Below are positions 44,201 to 56,200 of a stretch of 64,000 nucleotides of DNA, one piece after another. The notes beneath the pieces are model-generated. The model saw nothing but the letters and a program-made list of their open reading frames with translations. It searched no databases and was not told where the DNA came from. The position numbers and the translations under genes are program-made. The stretch covers positions 1-64,000 of the forward strand of contig JAUCBJ010008014.1 in NCBI GenBank assembly GCA_032718475.1. Reading direction: 5' to 3'. This stretch comes from Nemertoderma westbladi (Eukaryota; Animalia; Xenacoelomorpha). Numbering within the stretch: position 1 is the first letter of the stretch; every line of letters begins with the position of its first letter.

Positions 44201-47200
44201 TGAACGTAGCTTTGTTCTACTATTGTCTATTTATTTTAGATTACTATCGTTCGAACGTAGCTTTGTTCTACTATTGTCTGTTTATTTTAGATTACTATCG
44301 TTTGAACGTAGCTTTGTTCTACTATTGTCTGTTTATTTTAGATTACTATCGTTTGAACGTAGCTTTGTTCTACTATTGTCTGTTTATTTTAGATTACTAT
44401 CGTTTGAACGTAGCTTTGTTCTACTATTGTCTGTTTATTTTAGATTACTATCGTTTGAACGTAGCTTTGTTCTACTATTGTCTGTTTATTTTAGATTACT
44501 ATCGTTTGAACGTAGCTTTGTTCTACTATTGTCTGTTTATTTTAGATTACTATCGTTTGAACGTAGCTTTGTTCTACTATTGTCTGTTTATTTTAGATTA
44601 CTATCGTATGAACGTAGCTTTGTTCTACTATTGTCTATTTATTTTAGATTACTATCGTTTGAACGTAGCTTTGTTCTACTATTGTCTGTTTATTTTAGAT
44701 TACTATCGTTTGAACGTAGCTTTGTTCTACTATTGTCTATTTATTTTAGATTACTATCGTTTGAACGTAGCTTTGTTCTACTATTGTCTATTTATTTTAG
44801 ATTACTATCGTTTGAACGTAGCTTTGTTCTACTATTGTCTGTTTATTTTAGATTACTATCGTTTGAACGTAGCTTTGTTCTACTATTGTCTGTTTATTTT
44901 AGAATACTATCGTTTGAACGTAGCTTTGTTCTACTATTGTCTGTTTATTTTAGATTACTATCGTTTGAACGTAGCTTTGTTCTACTATTGTCTATTTATT
45001 TTAGATTACTATCGTTTGAACGTAGCTTTGTTCTACTATTGTCTGTTTATTTTAGATTACTATCGTTTGAACGTAGCTTTGTTCTACTATTGTCTGTTTA
45101 TTTTAGATTACTATCGTTTGAACGTAGCTTTGTTCTACTATTGTCTGTTTATTTTAGATTACTATCGTTTGAACGTAGCTTTGTTCTCATCAATCTTTGC
45201 TTTGCGTTGTTTGTTGCGATTCTGCTGTTCCTAATTGGAGTGGAAGGTCACGGGTTTCTAAATGTTAGTAGACATGTCTCTATATAACATTCTGGTTGTA
45301 CTTCTGTAACAGTTCTACTTTATTCCTTACAGGATTCTGGTTGTACTTCTTTAACAGTTCTACTTTATTCCTTACAGGATTCTGGTTGTACTTCTTTAAC
45401 AGTTCTACTTTATTCCTTACAGGATTCTGGTTGTACTTCTTTAACAGTTCTACTTTATTCCTTACAGGATTCTGGTTGCCCTTCTGTAACAGTTCTACTT
45501 TATTCCTTACACAGGATTCTGGTTGTACTGCTGTAACAGTTCTACTTTATTCCTTACAGGATTCTGGTTGTACTGCTGTAGCAGTTCTACTTTATTCCTT
45601 ACAGGATTCTGGTTGCCCTTATGTAACAGTTCTACTTTATTCCTTACACAGGATTCTGGTTGTACTGCTGTAACAGTTCTACTTTATTCCTTACAGGATT
45701 CTGGTTGTACTTCTGTAACAGTTCTACTTTATTCCTTACAGGATTCTGGTTGTACTTCTTTAACAGTTCTACTTTATTCCTTACAGGATTCTGGTTGCCC
45801 TTCTGTAACAGTTCTACTTTATTCCTTACACAGGATTCTGGTTGTACTGCTGTAACAGTTCTACTTTATTCCTTACAGGATTCTGGTTGTACTGCTGTAG
45901 CAGTTCTACTTTATTCCTTACAGGATTCTGGTTGCCCTTATGTAACAGTTCTACTTTATTCCTTACACAGGATTCTGGTTGTACTGCTGTAACAGTCCTA
46001 CTTTATTCCTTACAGGATTCTGGTTGCCCTTCTGTAACAATTCTACTCTATTCCTTACAGGATTCTGGTTGCCCTTCTGTAACAGTTCTACTTTATTCCT
46101 TACACAGGATTCTGGTTGCACTGCTGTAACAGTTCTACTTTATTCCTTACAGGATTCTGGTTGCCCTTCTGTAACAGTTCTACTTTATTCCTTACAGGAT
46201 TCTGGTTGTACTTCTGTAACAGTTCTACTTTATTCCTTACACAGGATTCTGGTTGCACTGCTGTAACAGTTCTACTTTATTCCTTACAGGATTCTTGTTG
46301 TACTGCTGTAACAGTTCTACTTTATTCCTTACAGGATTCTGGTTGTACTGCTGTAACAGTTCTACTTTATTCCTTACAGGATTCTGGTTGTACTTCTGTA
46401 ACAGTTCTACTTTATTCCTTACAGGATTCTGGTTGCCCTTCTGTAATAGTTCTACTTTATTCCTTACAGGATTCTGGTTGCCCTTCTGTAACAGTTCTAC
46501 TTTATTCCTTACAGGATTCTGGTTGTACTTCTGTAACAGTTCTACTTTATTCCTTACAGGATTCTGGTTGCCCTTCTGTAACAGTTCTACTTTATTCCTT
46601 ACACAGGATTCTGGTTGCACTGCTGTAACAGTTCTACTTTATTCCTTACAGGATTCTGGTTGCACTGCTGTAACAGTTCTACTTTATTCCTTACAGGATT
46701 CTGGTTGTACTGCTGTAACAGTTCTACTTTATTCCTTACAGGATTCTGGTTGTACTTCTGTAACAGTTCTACTTTATTCCTTACAGGATTCTGGTTGCCC
46801 TTATGTAACAGTTCTACTTTATTCCTTACACAGGATTCTGGTTGTACTGCTGTAACAGTCCTACTTTATTCCTTACAGGATTCTGGTTGCCCTTCTGTAA
46901 CAATTCTACTCTATTCCTTACAGGATTCTGGTTGCCCTTCTGTAACAGTTCTACTTTATTCCTTACAGGATTCTGGTTGCCCTTCTGTAACAGTTCTACT
47001 TTATTCCTTACACAGGATTCTGGTTGTACTGCTGTAACAGTTCTACTTTAATCCTTACAGGATTCTGGTTGTACTTCTGTTGCAGTTCTACTTTATTCCT
47101 TACAGGATTCTTGTTGTACTTCTGTAACAGTTCTACTTTATTCCTTACAGGATTCTGGTTGCCCTTCTGTAACAGTTCTACTTTATTCCTTACAGGATTC

Positions 47201-50200
47201 TGGTTGCCCTTCTGTAACAATTCTACTCTATTCCTTACAGGATTCTGGTTGCCCTTCTGTAACAGTTCTACTTTATTCCTTACACAGGATTCTGGTTGTA
47301 CTGCTGTAACAGTTCTACTTTAATCCTTACAGGATTCTGGTTGTACTTCTGTAACAGTTCTACTTTATTCCTTACAGGATTCTGGTTGCCCTTCTGTAAC
47401 AGTTCTACTTTATTCCTTACACAGGATTCTGGTTGTACTGCTGTAACAGTTCTACTTTAATCCTTACAGGATTCTGGTTGTACTTCTGTTGCAGTTCTAC
47501 TTTATTCCTTACAGGATTCTGGTTGTACTGCTGTAACAGTCCTACTTTATTCCTTACAGGATTCTGGTTGCCCTTCTGTAACAATTATACTCTATTCCTT
47601 ACAGGATTCTGGTTGCCCTTCTGTAACAGTTCTACTTTATTCCTTACAGGATTCTGGTTGCCCTTCTGTAACAGTTCTACTTTATTCCTTACAGGATTCT
47701 GGTTGCCCTTCTGTAACAGTTCTACTCTATTCCTTACAGGATTCTGGTTGCCCTTCTGTAACAGTTCTACTTTATTCCTTACAGGATTCTGGTTGCCCTT
47801 CTGTAACAGTTCTACTTTATTCCTTACAGGATTCTGGTTGCCCTTCTGTAACAGTTCTACTCTATTCCTTACAGGATTCTGGTTGCCCTTCTGTAACAGT
47901 TCTACTTTATTCCTTACACAGGATTCTGGTTGCCCTTCTGTAACAGTTCTACTTTATTCCTTACAGGATTCTGGTTGCCCTTCTCTAACAGTTCTACTTT
48001 ATTCCTTACAGGATTCTGGTTGCCCTTCTGTAACAGTTCTACTTTATTCCTTACAGGATTCTGGTTGCCCTTCTGTAACAGTTCTACTTTATTCCTTACA
48101 GGATTCTGGTTGCCCTTCTGTAACAGTTCTACTCTATTCCTTACAGGATTCTGGTTGCCCTTCTGTAACAGTTCTACTCTATTCCTTACAGGATTCTGGT
48201 TGCCCTTCTGTAACAGTTCTACTTTATTCCTTACACAGGATTCTGGTTGCCCTTCTGTAACAGTTCTACTTTATTCCTTACAGGATTCTGGTTGCCCTTC
48301 TCTAACAGTTCTACTTTATTCCTTACAGGATTCTGGTTGCCCTTCTGTAACAGTTCTACTTTATTCCTTACAGGATTCTGGTTGCCCTTCTGTAACAGTT
48401 CTACTTTATTCCTTACAGGATTCTGGTTGCCCTTCTGTAACAGTTCTACTCTATTCCTTACAGGATTCTGGTTGCCCTTCTGTAACAGTTCTACTTTATT
48501 CCTTACAGGATTCTGGTTGCCCTTCTGTAACAGTTATACTTTATTCCTTACAGGATTCTGGTTGCCCTTCTGTAACAGTTCTACTTTATTCCTTACAGGA
48601 TTCTGGTTGCCCTTCTGTAACAGTTCTACTTTATTCCTTGCAGGATTCTGGTTGCCCTTCTCTAACAGTTCTACTTTATTCCTTACAGGATTCTGGTTGC
48701 ACTGCTGTAGCAGTTCTACTTTATTCCTTACAGGATTCTGGTTGCCCTTCTGTAACAGTTCTACTTTATTCCTTACAGGATTCTGGTTGCCCTTCTGTAA
48801 CAATTCTACTCTATTCCTTACAGGATTCTGGTTGCCCTTCTGTAACAGTTCTACTTTATTCCTTATAGGATTCTGGTTGCCCTTCTGTAACAGTTCTACT
48901 TTATTCCTTACAGGATTCTGGTTGCCCTTCTGTAACAGTTCTACTTTATTCCTTACAGGATTCTGGTTGCCCTTCTGTAACAGTTCTACTGTATTCCTTA
49001 CAGGATTCTAGTTGCCCTTCTGTAACAGTTATACTTTATTCCTTACAGGATTCTGGTTGCCCTTCTGTGACAGTTCTACTTTATTCCTTACAGGATTCTG
49101 GTTGTACTGCTGTTACAGTTCTACTTTATTCCTTACAGGATTCTGGTTGCACTGCTGTAACAGTTCTACTTTATTCCTTACAGTATTCTGGTTGTACTGC
49201 TGTAACAGTTCTACTTTATTCCTTACAGGATTCTGGTTGCCCTTCTGTAACAGTTATACTTTATTCCTTACAGGATTCTGGTTGCCCTTCTGTAACAGTT
49301 CTACTTTATTCCTTACAGGATTCTGGTTGCCCTTCTGTAACAGTTCTACTTTATTCCTTACAGGATTCTGGTTGCCCTTCTGTAACAGTTATACTTTATT
49401 CCTTACAGGATTCTGGTTGCCCTTCTGTAACAGTTCTACTTTATTCCTTACAGGATTCTGGTTGCCCTTCTGTAACAGTTCTACTTTATTCCTTGCAGGA
49501 TTCTGGTTGCCCTTCTCTAACAGTTCTACTTTATTCCTTACAGGATTCTGGTTGCACTGCTGTAGCAGTTCTACTTTATTCCTTACAGGATTCTGGTTGC
49601 CCTTCTGTAACAGTTCTACTTTATTCCTTACAGGATTCTGGTTGCCCTTCTGTAACAGTTCTACTTTATTCCTTACAGGATTCTGGTTGCACTTCTGTAG
49701 CAGTTCTACTTTATTCCTTACAGGATTCTGGTTGCCCTTCTGTAACAATTCTATTTTATTCCTTACAGGATTCTGGTTGCCCTTCTGTAACAGTTCTACT
49801 TTATTCCTTACAGGATTCTGGTTGCCCTTCTGTAACAGTTCTACTTTATTCCTTACAGGATTCTGGTTGTACTGCTGTAACAGTTCTACTTTATTCCTTA
49901 CAGTATTCTGGTTGCACTGCTGTAACAGTTCTAATTTATTCCTTACATGATTCTGGTTGTACTGCTGTAGCAGTTCTACTTTATTCCTTACGGGATTCTG
50001 GTTGTACTGCTGTAACAGTTCTAATTTATTCCTTACAGGATTCTGGTTGCCCTTCTGTAACAGTTCTACTGTATTCCTTACAGGATTCTGGTTGCCCTTC
50101 TCTAACAGTTCTACTTTATTCCTTACAGGATTCTGGTTGTACTGCTGTAGCAGTTCTACTTTATTCCTTACGGGATTCTGGTTGTACTGCTGTAACAGTT

Positions 50201-53200
50201 CTACTTTATTCCTTGCAGGATTCTGGTTGCCCTTCTCTAACAGTTCTACTTTATTCCTTACAGGATTCTGGTTGCACTGCTGTAGCAGTTCTACTTTATT
50301 CCTTACAGGATTCTGGTTGCCCTTCTGTAACAGTTCTACTTTATTCCTTACATGATTCTGGTTGCCCTGCTGTAACAGTTCTACTTTATTCCTCACAGGA
50401 TTCTGGTTGCCCTTCTGTAACAGTTCTACTTTATTCCTTACAGGATTCTGGTTGCCCTTCTGTAACAGTTCTACTTTATTCCTTACAGGATTCTGGTTGC
50501 ACTTCTGTAGCAGTTCTACTTTATTCCTTACAGGATTCTGGTTGCCCTTCTGTAACAATTCTATTTTATTCCTTACAGGATTCTGGTTGCCCTTCTGTAA
50601 CAGTTCTACTTTATTCCTTACAGGATTCTGGTTGCCCTTCTGTAACAGTTCTACTTTATTCCTTACAGTATTCTGGTTGCACTGCTGTAACAGTTCTAAT
50701 TTATTCCTTACATGATTCTGGTTGTACTGCTGTAGCAGTTCTACTTTATTCCTTACAGGATTCTGGTTGCCCTTCTGTAACAGTTATACTTTATTCCTTA
50801 CAGGATTCTGGTTGCCCTTCTGTAACAGTTCTACTTTATTCCTCACAGGATTCTGGTTGCCCTTCTGTAACAGTTCTACTTTATTCCTCACAGGATTCTG
50901 GTTGCCCTTCTGTAACAGTTCTACTTTATTCCTTACAGGATTCTGGTTGCACTTCTGTAGCAGTTCTACTTTATTCCTTACAGGATTCTGGTTGTACTTC
51001 TACTTTATTCCTTACAGGATTCTGGTTGCCCTTCTGTAACAGTTCTACTTTATTCCTTACAGGATTCTGGTTGCCCTTCTGTAACAATTCTATTTTATTC
51101 CTTACAGGATTCTGGTTGCCCTTCTGTAACAGTTCTACTTTATTCCTTACAGGATTCTGGTTGCCCTTCTGTAACAGTTCTACTTTATTCCTTACAGTAT
51201 TCTGGTTGCACTGCTGTAACAGTTCTAATTTATTCCTTACATGATTCTGGTTGTACTGCTGTAGCAGTTCTACTTTATTCCTTACAGGATTCTGGTTGTA
51301 CTGCTGTAACAATTCTATTTTATTCCTTACAGGATTCTGGTTGCCCTTCTGTAACAGTTCTACTTTATTCCATACAGGTTTCTGGTTGCCCTTCTGTAAC
51401 AGTTCTACTTTATTCCTTACAGGATTCTGGTTGCCCTTCTGTAACAGTTCTAATTTATTCCTTACAGGATTCTGGTTGTACTTCTGTAGCAGTTCTACTT
51501 TATTCCTTACAGGATTCTGGTTGTACTGCTGTAGCAGTTATACTTTATTCCTTACAGGATTCTGGTTGCCCTTCTGTAACAGTTCTACTTTATTCCTTAC
51601 AGGATTCTGGTTGCCCTTCTGTAACAGTTCTACTTTATTCCTTACAGGATTCTGGTTGTACTGCTGTAACAGTTCTACTTTATTCCTTACAGGATTCTGG
51701 TTGCCCTTCTGTAGCAGTTCTACTTTATTCCTTACAGGATTCTGGTTGCCCTTCTGTAACAGTTCTACTTTATTCCTTACAGGATTCTGGTTGCACTGCT
51801 GTAACGGTTCTACTTTATTCCTTACAGGATTCTGGGTGCCCTTCTGTAACAGTTCTACTTTATTCCTTACAGGATTCTGGTTGCACTGCTGTAGCAGTTC
51901 TACTTTATTCCTTACAGGATTCTGGTTGTACTGCTGTAACAGTTCTACTTTATTCCTCACAGGATTCTGGTTGCCCTTCTGTAACAGTTCTACTTTATTC
52001 CTCACAGGATTCTGGTTGCCCTTCTGTAACAGTTCTACTTTATTCCTTACAGGATTCTGGTTGTACTGCTGTAGCAGTTATACTTTATTCCTTACAGGAT
52101 TCTGGTTGCCCTTCTGTAACAGTTCTACTTTATTCCTTACAGGATTCTGGTTGTACTGCTGTAGCAGTTATACTTTATTCCTTACAGGATTCTGGTTGCC
52201 CTTCTGTAACAGTTCTACTTTATTCCTTACAGGATTCTGGTTGCCCTTCTGTAACAGTTCTACTTTATTCCTTACAGGATTCTGGTTGTACTGCTGTAAC
52301 AGTTCTACTTTATTCCTTACAGGATTCTGGTTGCCCTTCTGTAGCAGTTCTACTTTATTCCTTACAGGATTCTGGTTGCCCTTCTGTAACAGTTCTACTT
52401 TATTCCTTACAGGATTCTGGTTGCACTGCTGTAACGGTTCTACTTTATTCCTTACAGGATTCTGGGTGCCCTTCTGTAACAGTTCTACTTTATTCCTTAC
52501 AGGATTCTGGTTGCACTGCTGTAGCAGTTCTACTTTATTCCTTACAGGATTCTGGTTGTACTGCTGTAACAGTTCTACTTTATTCCTCACAGGATTCTGG
52601 TTGCCCTTCTGTAACAGTTCTACTTTATTCCTCACAGGATTCTGGTTGCCCTTCTGTAACAGTTCTACTTTATTCCTTACAGGATTCTGGTTGCCCTTCT
52701 GTAACAGTTCTAGTTTATTCCTTACAGGATTCTGGTTGCCCTTCTGTAACAGTTCTACTTTATTCCTTACAGGATTCTGGTTGTACTGCTGTAACAGTTC
52801 TACTTTATTCCTTACAGGATTCTGGTTGCCCTTCTGTAACAGTTCTACTTTATTCCTTACAGGATTCTGGTTGCCCTTCTGTAACAGTTCTACTGTATTC
52901 CTTACAGGATTCTGGTTGCCCTTCTGTGACAGTTCTACTTTATTCCTTACAGGATTCTGGTTGTACTTCTGTAACAGTTATATTTTATTCCTTACAGGAT
53001 TCTGGTTGTACTGCTGTAACAGTTCTACTTTATTCCTTACATGATTCTGGTTGTACTGCTGTAACAGTTCTACTTTATTCCTTACAGGATTCTGGTTGCC
53101 CTTCTGTAACAGTTCTACTTTATTCCTTACAGGATTCTGGTTGTACTGCTGTAACAGTTCTACTTTATTCCTCACAGGATTCTGGTTGCCCTTCTGTAAC

Positions 53201-56200
53201 AGTTCTAGTTTATTCCTTACAGGATTCTGGTTGCCCTTCTGTAACAATTATATTTTATTCCTTACAGGATTCTTGTTGTACTTCTGTAGCAGTTCTACTT
53301 TATTCCTTACAGGATTCTGGTTGCCCTTCTGTAACAGTTCTACTTTATTCCTTACAGGATTCTGGTTGCACTTCTGTAGCAGTTCTACTTTATTCCTTAC
53401 AGGATTCTGGTTGCCCTTCTGTAACAATTCTATTTTATTCCTTACAGGATTCTGGTTGCCCTTCTGTAACAGTTCTACTTTATTCCTTACAGGATTCTGG
53501 TTGCCCTTCTGTAACAGTTCTACTTTATTCCTTACAGGATTCTGGTTGTACTGCTGTAACAGTTCTACTTTATTCCTTACAGGATTCTGGTTGCCCTTCT
53601 GTAACAGTTCTACTTTATTCCTTACAGGATTCTGGTTGCCCTTCTGTAACAGTTCTACTTTATTCTTTACAGGATTCTGGTTGCACTGCTGTAGCAGTCC
53701 TTCTACATTATTTCTTCCTCTCCGTGTTCACTTGGATGTTGAACGAAGGAATTCTCTATTATCTCAACGTAGTCGTTATATTTGAACGGGAGGTTTCCTG
53801 GAAATGGATTTATTTAGGTATCGGTTGGGGTGCGCCGTTATTGGTAGTTGGTATTTCGGCTGGTGCCAGCCAACTCAATGGATACTCGTACGAACGGCCA
53901 GGGGGAGATGTTATGTAAGTATTTATCTTTGGGATATAATAAAGTATTATTTTAATATTTGTTTAACTAAAATAGATATGCCGACTATGTTTATTTTAGT
54001 TTATTTTCTACTTTATATACCTCAACAGTAGGTTCAGTTTAGTTTATTTTCTACTTTATATACCTCAACATTAGGTTTAGTTTATTTTATACTTTATATA
54101 CCTCAACATTAGGTTTAGTTTAGTTTATTTTATACTTTATATACCTCATCAGTAGGTTTAGTTTAGTTTATTTTCTACTTTATATACCTCAACAGTAGGT
54201 TTAGTTTAGTTTATTTTCTACTTTATATACCTCAACATTAGGTTTAGTTTAGTTTATTTTCTACTTTATATACCGCAACATTAGGTTTAGTTTAGTTAAT
54301 TTTTACTTTATATACCTCAACAGTAGGTTTAGTTTAGTTTATGTTCTACTTTATATAGCTCAACATTAGGTTTAGTTTATTTTCTACTTTATATACCTCA
54401 ACATTAGGTTTAGTTTAGTTTATTTTCTACTTTATATACCGCAACATTAGGTTTAGTTTAGTTAATTTTTACTTTATATACCTCAACAGTAGGTTTAGTT
54501 TAGTTTATGTTCTACTTTATATAGCTCAACATTAGGTTTAGTTTAGTTTATTTTCTACTTTATATACATCAACAGTAGGTTTAGTTTAGTTTATTTTCTA
54601 CTTTATATACCTCAACATTAGGTTTAGTTTAGTTTATTTTCTACTTTATATACCTCAACATTAGGTTTAGTTTAGTTTATTTTCTACTTTATATACCTCA
54701 ACATTAGGTTTAGTTTAGTTTATTTTCTACTTTATATACCTCAACAGTAGGTTCAGTTTAGTTTATTTTCTACTTTATATACCTCAACATTAGGTTTAGT
54801 TTATTTTATACTTTATATACCTCAACATTAGGTTTAGTTTAGTTTATTTTCTACTTTATATACCTCAACAGTAGGTTTAGTTTAGTTTATTTTCTACTTT
54901 ATATACCTCAACATTAGGTTTAGTTTAGTTTATTTTCTACTTTATATACCTCAACATTAGGTTTAGTTTAGTTTATTTTCTACTTTATATACCTCAACAG
55001 TAGGTTCAGTTTAGTTTATTTTCTACTTTATATACCTCAACATTAGGTTTAGTTTAGTTTATTTTCTACTTTATATACCTCAACATTAGGTTTAGTTTAG
55101 TTTATTTTCTACTTTATATACCTCAACAGTAGGTTCAGTTTAGTTTATTTTCTACTTTATATACCTCAACATTAGGTTTAGTTTAGTTTATTTTCTACTT
55201 TATATACCTCAACAGTAGGTTCAGTTTAGTTTATTTTCTACTTTATATACCTCAACATTAGGTTTAGTTTATTTTATACTTTATATACCTCAACATTAGG
55301 TTTAGTTTAGTTTATTTTCTACTTTATATACCTCAACAGTAGGTTTAGTTTAGTTTATTTTCTACTTTATATACCTCAACATTAGGTTTAGTTTAGTTTA
55401 TTTTCTATTTTATATACCTCAACAGTAGGTTCAGTTTAGTTTATTTTCTACTTTATAACCTCAACATTAGGTTTAGTTTAGTTTATTTTCTACTTTATAT
55501 ACCTCAACATTAGGTTTAGTTTTGTTTATTTTCTACTTTATATACCTCAACAGTAGGTTTAGTTTAGTTCATTTTCTACTTTATATACCTCAACAGTAGG
55601 TTTAGTTTAGTTTATTTTCTACTTTATATACCTCAACAGTAGGTTTAGTTTATTTTCTACTTTATATACCTCAACATTAGGTTTAGTTTAGTTTATTTTC
55701 TACTTTATATACCTCAACATTAGGTTTAGTTTAGTTTATTTTCTACTTTATATACCTCAACATTAGGTTTAGTTTAGTTTATTTTCTACTTTATATACCT
55801 CAACAGTAGGTTTAGTTTAGTTTATTTTCTACTTTATATACCTCAACATTAGGTTTAGTTTAGTTTATTTTCTACTTTATATACCTCAACAGTAGGTTTA
55901 GTTTAGTTTATTTTCTACTTTATATACCTCAACAGTTAAGAAAAAATTTAGTGTATTGTATACTTTATGTAACTCGACAGTTGGTTTTATTTAGTGTTTT
56001 GTATACTTTATGATTCCTTTCCAGATGCTGGTTAGATCCTTCCGTTGGTGTTTTGTATGCCTTCATAGGCCCCGCAGTAGCTATAGCCGTGGCTAACATG
56101 GTGGTTATTGTTATTGTACTCAGAACGATGTTTAAAAGCTCGGCTTTTAATAAAAAATCGGAGATAGAACAGATCAAGTGAGTTACATTGAACAGATCAA

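Noticed and set aside
40594-53785. Long ORFs up to 744 aa (YYCLFILDYYRLNVALF, TLFLTGFWLPFCNSS, QNPVRNKVELLQ) as standalone genes
   Set aside because: They arise because the 51- and 45-bp units lack stops in several frames. Only the terminal unit in the exon frame is supported as coding.
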